Assembly: GCA_964016885.1 (NCBI GenBank)
Contig: OZ024744.1
Span: forward strand, 57,288,001 to 57,352,000
Source of the DNA: Eledone cirrhosa
Lineage: Eukaryota
Length of the DNA stretch: 64,000 bases
Direction: 5' to 3'
Under the pieces are notes generated by a model. That model saw nothing but the letters and a program-made list of their open reading frames with translations, was not told where the DNA came from and searched no databases. Both the position numbers and the translations under genes were made by a program. Below are positions 37,258-49,084 of the stretch, piece after piece. Numbering within the stretch: the stretch's first letter is position 1; each line of letters opens with the position of its first letter.

Positions 37258-37592
37258 GGCACATCGCTTAATGGTTAGAGTATTGGCGTTGCAATCGAAA
37301 GGTTGTGAGTTCAATTCTCAGACCGGGTGATGTGTTGTTTCCTTGAGCAAGACACTTTATTTCCCATTGCTCCAGTTTACTCAGCTGTAGAAATGAGATG
37401 ATAGGGGTCCCTATCATTCTACTGCAAAGTGGACGTGTAGGCGCCATGGAAAAAAGGCACCCAGCACTCACTGTAAATGAGGTTGATGTTAGGAAGGGCA
37501 TCCAGCTGTAGAAATCAAGCCAGAATCAGTTCCCGTCCCACCCTTGCAAGCAGGGAAAAAGCGGACGTAAAATGAAATGATGATGAAATGAT
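37258..37592 (+). mobile_element. tRNA-derived CORE-type SINE (family B) with RTE tail
   Basis: tRNA head with GAGTTCAATTC; ccttgagcaagacacttt..ctcagctgtagaaatg resembles the MIR/CORE domain; RTE-derived 3' end. Confidence 0.82.
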
Positions 37593-37759
37593 ATATATAT
37601 ATATATATGTATGTATATATATATTTATTACAATAACAGATTAAAGTTCAAGCAAAGAATCGCTGCTTTCACCCTCAACGGGATCTTCTGAAACTAAAAC
37701 CTTATCGAGCCCTCTTTGGATTTTAGTCTTCACATTTATTATTAATACTATATATATAT

Positions 37760-38925
37760 CATCATCATCATCATCATCAACGTTTAACGTCCGTGTTCCA
37801 CGCTTGCATGGGTTTGGACGGGGGTAGTCCCACTTGAGGCAAGAGTGATTGTCTTGCTCGCATAGGACTGTCTGGCAGGTTTTCTACAGTTGGATGCCCT
37901 TCCTAACACCAACCACATTTACAGTGTGGGTCTGGGAGGTTTTTACCGTGTTGCCTACACGGCCACATTACAGCGTGGACTGTGTGTTTTTTTGTCGTGA
38001 CACCTACACGATCTCATTTGTTTCGGCCTCGATGGCGCGGCACCAACATAACTTTACATAGAACGGGGTGGTGTGGATGGGGTGGGGGTGGTGGGACGGG
38101 GTGTATTTGTTAGAGATGCCTACTGGCTGGAGTAGGTTTTACTATATATTTAGGTAAGGCGGGTCTTCTCTGTTACTGAGTACCGCCAAAGGTCTCGGTC
38201 CAGTGACATTGTCTTGGAGAGGTGTAAGTGTGTGATGTCGGAGTTTATCAGCTCGTCCCAGGTTTTTCTAGGTCTGCCTATTCCGTGACTACCGTCTATC
38301 TTTATTGCCCTGCACTTTGTTATACAGCTATCGACTTTCATGCGCATCACGTGTCCATACCAACGTAGCCTTCTCTCGAGTAAACAACATCTGATCCCTC
38401 TTATCTCTAATTTATTCCTTAGTTCGTTTATGCTTTGCCGTTCACGTATATTACTGTTACACATCCAGCGGAGCATGCAAGCTTCGTTCCTCTCTAGTCT
38501 GCGTATATCCTCTGCACACAATGCCCAGGTCTCACTGCCATGCAGCATTGCTGTTCGTATGCAGGCATCGTACAACCTGCCTTTCATTTTTAGTGAGAAC
38601 CCTTTAGCAGCTAATAGTGGTATAAGCTCTCTGAACTTTTTCCAACCAGTTCTGACTCTAGCTACAGTACTTTCAGAGCACCCTCCCCCACTGCTGATTT
38701 TATCGCCCAGGTAACGGAAGCTGTCCACTATTTCTATAGAACCCTCTGCGCAATTGAGAGAGCTAGTAGTTTGTGGGCACTTGCTGCTACTTATTGCACC
38801 AGAGCACCGGCCACATGTAAAATCTATGTTCTTAGTTAGCCTACCTGTGATCCCACTACATCTTTTATGCACCCATACTTTGCATTTAGGACATAAAATG
38901 GAGTTTCTACCTACGCCTTTCCTAC
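37760..38925 (-). mobile_element. RTE 3' portion
   Basis: 240-aa ORF 38150-38872 homologous to the C-terminus of the 14-16 kb RTE, then UTR and (GAT)n. Confidence 0.93.
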
Positions 38926-38944
38926 ATATATATATATTCTATTC

Positions 38945-39115
38945 TAAGGCGGGTAAAATTCCTGAGATCCATGGACGAGTTCTCTCCAGTGGTCTCTGTC
39001 CCTCATTATCATTGCCATGTCCTGCGTCTCCAACAGACCAGTGTCTGTCCTTAGGGCATCAACATACGTTAACCTTGGTCTTCCTCTTCTAGTGTGTCCA
39101 TGTAGGGGCTCCCAC
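38945..39115 (-). mobile_element. 3' fragment of a different RTE-like LINE
   Basis: WEPLHGHTRRGRPRLTYVDAL..MRDRDHWRELV. Confidence 0.75.
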
Positions 39116-39149
39116 ATACATTTATGTATATATACATATATATATATAT

Positions 39150-39372
39150 AAAATTTCGTAGCTCTCTGAAATACAAAAGTCGCAGCCCTTGTGTCCTCCG
39201 TTGTAAGAGCGCGCTTTCTGGAGTATTTTCGAATTAAGCGTGAAGGGGGTGGAGTTCCTTTTGAGGTATGGGCATACCAACGGGTCTTAAAGTTGTTGGA
39301 GGTCATGCCGATGTAAGTTTTTTTGCAATCCTCGGTGCCTGAGATGACATCGCATTTGTATACGATGTCATT

Positions 39373-39375
<3 letters not shown>
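39150..39375 (-). mobile_element. Penelope GIY-YIG fragment
   Basis: DIVYKCDV..(frameshift)..[17 protein letters not shown]. Confidence 0.75.
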
Positions 39376-39419
<44 letters not shown>

Positions 39420-39475
39420 GTATATATATATATGTATGTATGTATATGTATGTATATATGTATATATGTATGTAT

Positions 39476-39509
<34 letters not shown>

Positions 39510-39516
39510 GCATATG

Positions 39517-39554
<38 letters not shown>

Positions 39555-39556
39555 TG

Positions 39557-39587
<31 letters not shown>

Positions 39588-40164
39588 CGAATTCAGACAC
39601 ACTCCCATACAGACATATATATGTATGTATATAGAAAGAGAGAGAGGGGGAGATACACAACACACACACATATACACACACACTGCTAGAGAAAGGTGTA
39701 ACATATTGACATTCTATAATGTAAGAAATATTTCAATAAGTACTATGGTGGGGTAAAATGAAGTAAAATGAGACAGGTGTGGAGAGTGGGTGGGGGTTGA
39801 GAATAGAAAGAAAGTGGAGAAAAATAGGTACAGATATAAAGTGGTGTAAAATTGGAAGAGAGGGAGAGATGGAGAGAGAGAGAGAGAGTGAGAGAGAGAG
39901 AGAGTGAGATAGAGAGAGAGATAGAGAGAGAGATAACACAAGCACATTTGAACATATGTACATAAGAATTCAGACACACTCCCATACAGACATACACAAT
40001 ATCTGAGGTTAGGGTTAGCATTAGCAAGATATACTATTATATACAGAATTCTGTCTCCAAAAATACCTACCATTATTGTCTTTGTAATACAATTCCATAT
40101 ATATCCATTTATATATGCACACACACTCACACACACACACACACACGCACACACACATATATAT

Positions 40165-40492
40165 ATCATCATTCATCATCATTTCATTTTACGTCCGCTT
40201 TTCCCTGCTTGCAAGGGTGGGACGGGAACTGATTCTGGCTTGATTTCTACAGCTGGATGCCCTTCCTAACACCAACCTCATTTACAGTGAGTGCTGGGTG
40301 CTTTTTGCCATGGCACCTCCACGACCACTTTGCAGTGGAATGATATGGTACCCAGTCCCTATCATCTCATTTCTACAGCTGAGTAAACTGGAGCAATGTG
40401 AAATAAAGTGTCTTGCTCAAGGAAACAACACATCACCCGGTCTGAGAATTGAACTCACAACCTTTCAATGCTCTAACCACTAAGCCATGTGC
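40165..40492 (-). mobile_element. CORE-type SINE family B with RTE tail
   Basis: Reverse complement of 37258-37592. Confidence 0.85.
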
Positions 40493-41032
40493 ATCCATTA
40501 TATATATATATATATATATCACAGACCCTCCATCTCAACTCTACTTATGAAAAGCAGAAGAACTGCGAAACCGGCAAAGGAACCAAATAAATATATATAT
40601 TTTTTTAAAAATAAGACTCCAGTTGCATTTTTCGATTTCATCTTTTTTTCAGAACTGCAGGCACTAATGTTTCTGGGTGATTACCCTTCATCAGAACAAC
40701 TGTCAGATCTAGTGAAAATATATGATATTTTCTGAAATATACAGTGACTGATCGGCCTGATTTGCATATTAACAGGCTGCTTGATCAGTCAGATCTGCAT
40801 ATCAGCAGCTGGACCAGTCAGTTTGATGTATATGAGCAATTAATGGCCGGCTTTGCCATATTCAAATAACTAACAAACAATTTATCGCTCTACATGACTG
40901 ATTACAATAAATGTAATCTGAGTTTTTCGAATAAAGTACCAGTAATGCACTGGGTGATTGCTGGCCTTGTGCCTAAAGTAGAAACAATTATTAATATATA
41001 TATAGTAATGGTAGAACTAACATAGTGTAGTT

Positions 41033-41195
41033 CAGTCATGGGCAAACTGCAGCCCGCAGGCTGAATGCGGCCTGTTTGGCTTTCTGAATAGCATGCTTAA
41101 TTTCAAAACAACCTTGAATTTTTAGTAGTGCAGCCCACCATATGATGAGACACATCATATGTGGCCCACCGCTCAAGAAACATTGCACATGTCTG
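41033..41195. mobile_element. hAT (Charlie-like) MITE
   Basis: TIRs CAGTCATGGGCAA / TTGCACATGTCTG; 8-bp TSD gtgtagtt / gtatagtt. Confidence 0.8.
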
Positions 41196-41349
41196 GTATA
41201 GTTCATAACAGGCGTGTATCATTATCATCATCATTACTGTTTAACATCCATTTTTCCACTCTAGCAAGGAGGCATATATATAAACTGTTTATGTCAAATA
41301 AACATATAAGAGCCTTGCTAAGAATATTTTAAGCAGTGATCATGTAACA

Positions 41350-41640
41350 CATGGAAGCACGTGGTAAAGGTGTTGGACTTATGACCATAACATTGTGAGT
41401 TCAATTCCTGGATTTGGTTGCGTGTTGTGTTCATGAGCAAAACACTTCATTTCATGTTGCTCCAGTATAACTCAACTGAAAATGAGTACCAGCAATAGCT
41501 GGAGGTTTAACTCTGCGATGGTCTGGCATCCTGTCCAATGGGGAAAGTATTATACTCTCAGTTGCTTAATGCTATGGAAACTGGGAGAAGCACCGGCCTG
41601 ATGAGCCCCTGGGCTTGAGACAGACTTTAGACTTAGACTT
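41350..41640 (+). mobile_element. CORE-type SINE with a different tail
   Basis: Same head and core as 37258; the sequence diverges after aaatgag. Confidence 0.75.
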
Positions 41641-41739
41641 AGATCATGTCACAGTTATCTCAGTAGCTGTGTGAGAATGTCAGACATGTGTTTCTGGATT
41701 TGACAAGAATAACTGTAGCTCAAACTTATATGTCAACTG

Positions 41740-42090
41740 AATAATAGAATGAATTCTGTAGATAATGAACACAGCCACAAGGATATGGTCCAAACGTAAA
41801 GAGCCGAGCTCCCACCATCATCGCTTCCATCTCTCTCACCCTCCCCATCTTTCTGTATGGTGAGCAAATGGGGTCCCAAGTGCTGGCCTCCCCACAGCCC
41901 CGGCAGACAGAATGGAGAAGGTGTTTCCCTGGAGGATGGTAAGGGAGATGTGCTGGAAGAGCCATTCCAACTTGCAAGGCTCACACCTGCGGCTGGCCAG
42001 CTCAGCGTCTATGGTGGTGAGTAGGGAGGTAGCCCTAGGGCCAAGGACACCAGAGGTCTCCACTGCCAAGGCCACGACCGCAAACATGCT
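41740..42090 (-). mobile_element. CRE-like non-LTR retrotransposon 3' end (REL endonuclease C-terminus)
   Basis: LAVETSGVLGPRATSLL..LFQHISLTILQGNTFSI. Confidence 0.72.
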
Positions 42091-42179
42091 TTTTTGTATA
42101 CATATACACATATATACACATGTATGTGTATATATGTGTATATGTGTGTGCATGTGTGTATGTGCATATGCATACATTT

Positions 42180-42570
42180 ATCATCATCACTGTTTTACGT
42201 CCTTCTTCCACACTAACATGGATTAGACAAGTTGTCCTGTTGTGGGCAGTGCCAGGTCAGGGGACCATGTCTTGCTCATACAGTCTGATTTTGGCTTGAT
42301 TTCTACAGCTGGATGCCCTTCTTAACACCAACCTCATTTACAGTGAGTATTGGGTGCCTTTTAACCGTGGCGCCTACACGACCACTTTACAGTGTGGACT
42401 GGGTTCTTTTTGTCGTGACACCTACATGATCACTTTACAGTTGGAAGGGGGTGGGGCATACTGTCTATATGCTTCAGCTCTGGCTTGTACCCGTGGGAAG
42501 TCGGGTCTTCTGTATTACTGCGTAACGGTCTCGGTCCTGTGTATCGCCTTTGAGAGGTGCAATTGGGCAA
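42180..42570 (-). mobile_element. RTE 3' fragment
   Basis: Diverged homolog of 13991-14390. Confidence 0.85.
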
Positions 42571-42901
42571 AATGAGCATATAAATTTAAGCACGCAAATA
42601 CAGACACACATAATACACACTCAGACATTCACATAAGTACACATACATTCCCACAAACACACACACACACATACACTGACACTGACACAGCATAGCAAAT
42701 GGAACGCCAGCCACTGTTTTGCTATAGTTTTATCACCATGCCCTTCTACATTATGTGGTGGATGGACAGACAGGCAGAAGTCACTCAAGTTTATATATAG
42801 ATGAAACATTGGTTGAAAATGTTCATTTGCATAGTGCGCAACTTGATTGCAAATGAGCGTCTCCAGCTGATGTGTCATATACAAAAAAAGCTTATAAGCT
42901 A

Positions 42902-43542
42902 TCTATTCCAAGAAAGATGTTTATTGGTTGGTTGGTTGAATCACACAAAAACTACACACACACACACATATAAAGAGAGAGAGACACAGAAGGAGAGGCA
43001 GAAAAATAGAAAGAGATACTATTAAAGTGTTAGATATTCAGAGAGAGAGAGGGGGGGGGAGATAGATAGAGAGAGAGAGTAATGTCCTACAAAAGTATCA
43101 ATTGAAGGTTTAACAATATTGCGTTAGCTTTTATAAAAGCATTTTAGAGTCTTTGATTTTACAGAACAAAGAAAAATTGATACTATTTGAAATTAGTTTA
43201 TTCTCCAGCTTTTATCCATATTCTACTTACAGTTCATACTAATGAAGCAACACTTCAGAAGCAATGTTATGTGGTATATTGCTGTGTTTCAGATGACGTC
43301 CATTGGAGCTGAAAAAGATCATACTGACTATGGTTATTTCACATTTAAAATCCAAGGCCAATGCTACCATTTAATCGGCAGTTTACTCCCCCAGCCTAAT
43401 AAGGAAGTTTTATGATTGTTTTTTTTTATGTCTTTCTCACACACTCACACACACTACAGTCCCACCTCATACCAGAAAACACATCCAATACAGTTGTTTT
43501 CTCTTAACTGTTCTCCAGGGCAAAGCCGGGTACCTCAGCTAG
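42902..43542 (+). mobile_element. Internally deleted Helitron with RepHel fragment
   Basis: 43281-43415 translates AVFQMTSIGA..FKIQGQCYHLIGSLLP, the conserved Helitron N-terminal motif. The 3' end is gggcaaagccgggtacctcagCTAG|T. The 5' TC at 42902 is tentative. Confidence 0.78.
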
Positions 43543-44159
43543 TAACTTATACTTGGTTCAGTACCGAGTTAGTAAATCACAAAAGGCAAGACCAGGTTCT
43601 GACCCCCGGGCAGAGGCAACATTCCAACATATGACACATTAGCACAGGTGACTGGGAAAACATAACTGCTCCCACTTATACTATATCTCTTGAGGTAAAG
43701 AAACTATGGAAGTGGCAGTATTTCATTGGCATAAACTCATTTGACACCTCAATAAGTGCAGCAACAGGCCTAATTTCTATATGGTGCCAAAAATTCTGAG
43801 GCCTGACCTGCTTTGGCTGAAGAGATAGAATGACAGATGAGAAGATTGCATAAAAAACATATGTACATTATGGATTATTATGACAAACGCTTGTACAACA
43901 CAAGCATCACTGTCTAAATCTCGGTGATTATTTTCTGATGACAAGTCTAAGCAACACAACCAGTAATCATATAAACCACAAGTTTCACTTCAAAGTTTCC
44001 CCCTCTCTTAGAAGAATGTTATAACAACAGCTCAGAGTCATTCACTCCACATGCTTTACAGTCTACCCTGACACCATCCAAGGAGATTTTTTAGTTTCCA
44101 TACACAGATGAGTATCTGTGTGTGGAAACTAAGAAATTGTATATCATAATTATGATTAA

Positions 44160-44366
44160 CCCTTTAGTATTTAAATCGGCCGTATCCGGCCTGAATTCTT
44201 TCACCTCTTTCTGTTCAAACTGACCATAAGTGAGCACTTACACTAATGTTAAGGTATTGTTCTTAAAATAAATAATATCAAAATCTCATAGTTTCAACAT
44301 TATGTTAGATAAAGCCTTTACCACAAAATACAATAGTAAATATAGAGTAATGTAAATGCTAAAGGG
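44160..44366. mobile_element. piggyBac-type MITE
   Basis: TTAA|CCCTTTAGTATTTA ... TAAATGCTAAAGGG|TTAA. Confidence 0.85.
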
Positions 44367-44779
44367 TTAATCTATCTACTGGCTTCTTAGATGGGTAGAG
44401 ACTTAAAGTTAACATCTCTCATTTAATGGGTTAAAGAAGTCCCATTTACCCTTGATATGAAATCAGTGACCATTCTTCTAGACAGAAAGCCGGCCATGGC
44501 TAACAAGTTCTGTTTACCTGGAGTAACTGATTTTAATGCGAGAGTAATTCACTGATGCCCCTTTTCCTTGTCAGTTCCAAGCATCTCCATCGTGAGAAGA
44601 CCAGAAGCTGGGCTTCAGTTGTCAGGCTATGTGAGATGCATGGCATTTGAGGTCTTTCAGTAGAGAATAGATTCTCAAACTACTCCCATCACAGCAATAA
44701 TTACCTTAGGAGTTACATACATACATGATGTCTGCTTTTTCGTTATCGAGTATGGCCATTGCAAGATATACCCTTATTA

Positions 44780-45172
44780 TCATCATCATCATCATCATTT
44801 TACGTCCGCTTTTCCCTGCTTGCAAGGGTGGGATGAGTCCTATTCAGCACAGCATCTCTCCACTTGTAACGGTCCTTCGTCATTTCCACCGTGAGCTTCA
44901 GCAATCTGAGGTCTGTTCTCACCACCTCCGCCCATGTTTTTCGTGGTCTACCTCTACCACGTTTTCCTTCAACTGGCATTTCCTGGCACTTCTTCACCCA
45001 TCGGTCATCCTCTATGTGCATCACATGTCCATACCACCGCAGTCTCCTCTCTCGCATGCTACATTCTATCCCTCTCAGACACAGTTTCTCTCTCAACACA
45101 TTCATGCTGGGTCGTTCATGCACATTGACATTGCGCATCCAACGGAGCATGCTTGCCTCATTTCTCTCCAAT
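44780..45172 (-). mobile_element. RTE 3' fragment of a second subfamily with very short UTR
   Basis: ERNEASMLRWM..RRLRWYGHVM..GRGRPRKTW followed by a (GAT)n tail. Confidence 0.9.
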
Positions 45173-45589
45173 TAATAATTATTAATTAATTCTATCGTGC
45201 AATGCCTGTGCATAAAGATTTTTTTAAAGTAAGGAAAGACTGTGCACCGAGCCAATCCCACTCTCTGAGCGACAGTAGCTATAACCCAAAAAGAAGAAAA
45301 GATCAACATCATCGGTAACTACTGAGCCACAGGTTTTATGTCGGAGTTATTCCAGTTTCCAGAATTACTTTCTCCTAGAAGAATGCCCTAACAAAGGCTA
45401 GTGGTCCCTCACTCCCAGTGGTTTAATCGCGCGATCGAGTGTCCAGCCCGGCTATTTCTATGTCCCAGTGCATATACATAAACTTGCACACATACATATA
45501 CATACATATGTACATGTGTATATACATATTTACACATTTTTGGATGGCTGTTCACTCATATATATATATATATATATGTCTGTGGCTAG

Positions 45590-46145
45590 AAATTGGAAGG
45601 AAAGGGGAAATCAATCAAATCTGTTCCAATGCATTACTGGTACTCCATTTTTATAGATCCTGTAAGAATGAAAGGTAAAGCTAACCTTGGCAGGATTTGA
45701 ACACAGAACATTAAGGGATGTAACTATATGCAACAAAGCATGTTGTCCAATGTTCTACCAACACTACAAATCCACTACCCTAAATAATTATGATAATAAT
45801 AATAATTGTTTCTACTTTTGGCACAAGGCCAGTAATTACCCCAGTGCTTTATTTTATCAAAATGATAAAAGGCAAAGTTAACCTCGGCAGGATTTGAACT
45901 CGTGATTGTTGGTGGTGTATGCTGATTAGTGGCAGAATAATAGCAAATTGATTAAACAATAGAAACATATAATAATGAAATAATTGTTTCTACACAAGGC
46001 CAGCAATTATTCCAGTGTATTACTGGTACTTTATTTTATCGACCCCGTAAGGATGAAAGGCAAAGTTAACCTCGGCGGAGGGACGTAACTCTTTGCTGCA
46101 AAGCATGGCGTCCGACCTTCTACCAATACTGCCAATCCACCGCCC
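45590..46145 (-). mobile_element. Cluster of SINE family A copies and fragments
   Basis: At least three matches to the 30635 SINE. Confidence 0.8.
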
Positions 46146-46589
46146 TTTATAATAATGAAATAATGAAAATTATTGTGTACAGTGCTCAGGTGCACTACAA
46201 CTCATCAAAGGTGCATGTATAGTACATAGAATAATGTACAAATGTCAGGAAAGTGAACAGTGTATGAGTCATGATATACATGTGTGCATGTGTATGAAGC
46301 GGGGATATCAGGTGTGGTGTTGGCGAATTTCAGGAAGCATGGAGGATCACAAACTTACAGAACCACTACTAAAAATCCCCTTTCTCTTACTAGGTAAACA
46401 AAAATGAGTTGATATGTGTTGTGTGCAAGAAATAAAATGGAAAGACACCTCAGTCAGGCTCCTAATGGACATGGAACAAAGATATAAATTCATCTGGTTA
46501 GGTAATAATGGATTGGGAAGAGACTACATATTACCAGCAGAAAAATGGATAAAGGTTATTGTGGTTAGCCAGAGTATATGATACCTTAA

Positions 46590-46810
46590 CCCTTTCATGA
46601 CTGCATTTCTAATGAAATACATACTATTTTAATTAATTAATGAAGAATTTTGAAGGATTTACTAAAATTATTAATTATTTCATTACTAAGATAGTAGGTT
46701 CTTATATAAAATTATGTTCGAAGATTTTAATTTAAATTGGACACCTTTAAAATGGGTGGTTTTATTTCATAGAACCAGAGCCTGTTTTGGCTGGGTTGGT
46801 AACTAAAGGG
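46590..46810. mobile_element. piggyBac-type MITE, second family
   Basis: TTAA|CCCTTT ... AAAGGG|TTAA. Confidence 0.75.
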
Positions 46811-47044
46811 TTAAACTAATTATAGTCAATAAGACAGCAGCATTTATTTTTACATATAGAAATAAAAAGGAACGGTTGTGTCAATAAGTAGTCTGCTTCA
46901 CAATCATGTGGTTCTGGGTTCAGTCCTGCTGCAAAGCACATTGTCTTCTACAATAGCCTCTTCAGAATGACCAATGCATTGTGCATGGAAATTGGTACAC
47001 AGAAACTTCAGAAGTTCATTGTATATTTATATTTAGATATATAT

Positions 47045-47355
47045 TGTGAGCTTGATTCTTGAACCGGGTTTCGTGTCTTTGAACCGGGTTTTGTGTCCTT
47101 GAACAAGACACATTATTTCACATTACTCCAGTTCACTCAGCTATAGAAATGAGTTGTTACATTACTGGTGCCAAGCTGTATCAGCCTTTACCTTTCCTTT
47201 GGACAATATCAGTGTGTTGAGAGGGAAGACTGGTATGCATAGACAACTGCTGGTCTTCCACAAACAGCCTTGCTTGAACTTGTGCCTTGGAGGGGAACTT
47301 CCTAGGTGCAAATCCCATGGTCATTCGTGACCGAAGGGGGTCTTTACCCTTTTAT
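47045..47355 (+). mobile_element. 5'-truncated CORE-type SINE with a third tail
   Basis: gtccttgaacaagacaca..cactcagctatagaaatgag followed by an unrelated tail. Confidence 0.72.
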
Positions 47356-49084
47356 CCATATATATGTACACATTTGTGTGTGTGTGTGTCTGTGTGTATA
47401 CATGTGTGTGTGTGTTTCTGTGTTTCTGTGTGTATCTGTTTTTGTCCAGTAATATAGTGGTTCAACAAAAAAGGGATCAATGAAATAAGTACTGGAGTTG
47501 ATATGGTTGTTCTAAATCAAGATGGTGTTCCTGGCATTGTTGCAGTCTAATGACTGATCCTAGTGAAAGAAGAATTTGTATCACGATCAGGATAAACTGA
47601 TGAAAAGAGGGGCCACTTCTATGTGACCCTTTTGCTGACTACCCCAACACTGAATGATTGTAACCTCATTATTATGGCTGGGGATTTTAACAGATATATT
47701 GGTAAGGTCCAGGATGGCTTCTAAGATAAACACAAAGATTATAGCATTGGTGTTAGGAATAAATAGGGAACCAGGCTCCTAGAATTTTGTGGTACAAATG
47801 ATCTGACAATCTAAACACATATTTGAGAAAACCAACCAGCCACTTGATTAACCTATAAATCAGGTAAACATACAAGCCAGATAGAGTTTATTCTCATCAG
47901 AAGACAGGACAGTCAAATGGTTGTAAATGCAATGTCTTTCCTTGGTGAAGAATGTACCATCCAAGATATGTTAGTAGTTGCTGAACTTAGAGTAAGAGCT
48001 AGATGAACCCTGTGCTGGTGTAACAATAAAATACACCCAGTAGATTTTGTAAGGTGGGTGACGTTAGGAAAGTCATTTAGCCATCAAAACCATACCAAAA
48101 ATTTAACAGTCTTAAACTGGAACAACCCATCCAACCCATGTCAGCATAGAAAGTGATAATGAGGATGATGAAATACACACACACAACACACACACACACA
48201 CATGCACATATGCTGTTCAAAAGCAATTTAAAACATTCCTAATTTTGCTAAACTCTTCCCCTCAATAATCAGCTAGTTGCAAAATATGGTTAATATCTTC
48301 ATAAATATTTAATCACCTGTAAGCTGGTTGATATGGAAACTCTAATGTATAAATCAAGGATTGCAACTATATCCCTTCAGCACTTGAGAAGCTTATTATG
48401 CTGCTGTTTACATTAAGCCATACCAATTTAGAGTACAGTAAAAATTTCAATTGATTATTTTTAATGATACAACTAGATTTTTCATATTCATACAAAATTA
48501 TAAATATTTAAATTTTCTTCTAAAATTAATGGAAAATAGACTTAATCCATCACCTTGTTTAATGCCACTGCCTGGAAACTGAATTGCTTTTAACAGAATT
48601 CACTCTTGCTGCAAGCGTTCAGACTAAGTCTCTTGTGTGAGGATACCTCCCTCCCTCCTTCTCTTCCTCCAATTTCCTAGGCTCTGAAAAGGGTGATGGG
48701 CACTGCAGGGCCATATAAAGTATAAACACAAAAGTATAAACCCAAGCAGAATTGTTAGACCATAGGGAGAGATTCCTTGTGGTGGTATTTGTTCTGGGCA
48801 ATGAATGATTACATAACTAGATATTAAGTCTTAACATTCTGTTATAGCACATTACCCGCGAGCTTATAAAAGATGACCTGTTAACTGTGTTCATTAACTG
48901 TGGACTTAATATTGAACTGGCCAGCAGAAGAAATTCCCAGTTGGCATTACAATACGACCAGGACCCCAGATGTAGATTTTTCTTTCTTATGTCTGTCAAT
49001 ATTTATTACTCATTAAATAATAATCCAACAAAACACAGTTTGTTGACAATGTTATTATGTTTATAGTTTAATTAAAGTTATAAT

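Larger units (their letters stand above)
46400..48170 (+). mobile_element. Old RTE AP-endonuclease remnant interrupted by a MITE and SINEs
   Basis: VDMCCVQEIKW..YKFIWLG..AEKW at 46.4-46.6 kb and IIMAGDFN..LLEFC..SQIEFIL at 47.6-48.0 kb; RTE-like tail at 48010-48170. Confidence 0.75.

Noticed and set aside
40005-40025. TTAGGG-like telomeric seed
   Set aside because: Only one or two degenerate units.
41597-41622. CTGATGA-GCCC-ct-GGGC as a hammerhead
   Set aside because: No GAAA, stem III or stem I; it is the SINE 3' stem-loop.
43231-43308. Apparent minus-strand exon (ttttcAG ... GTAAGT)
   Set aside because: Stops in all three frames; the region is better explained by the plus-strand Helitron fragment.
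48600-49084. 5' LTR of the Gypsy remnant
   Set aside because: Position is plausible, but no partner LTR or clear TG..CA ends could be seen.
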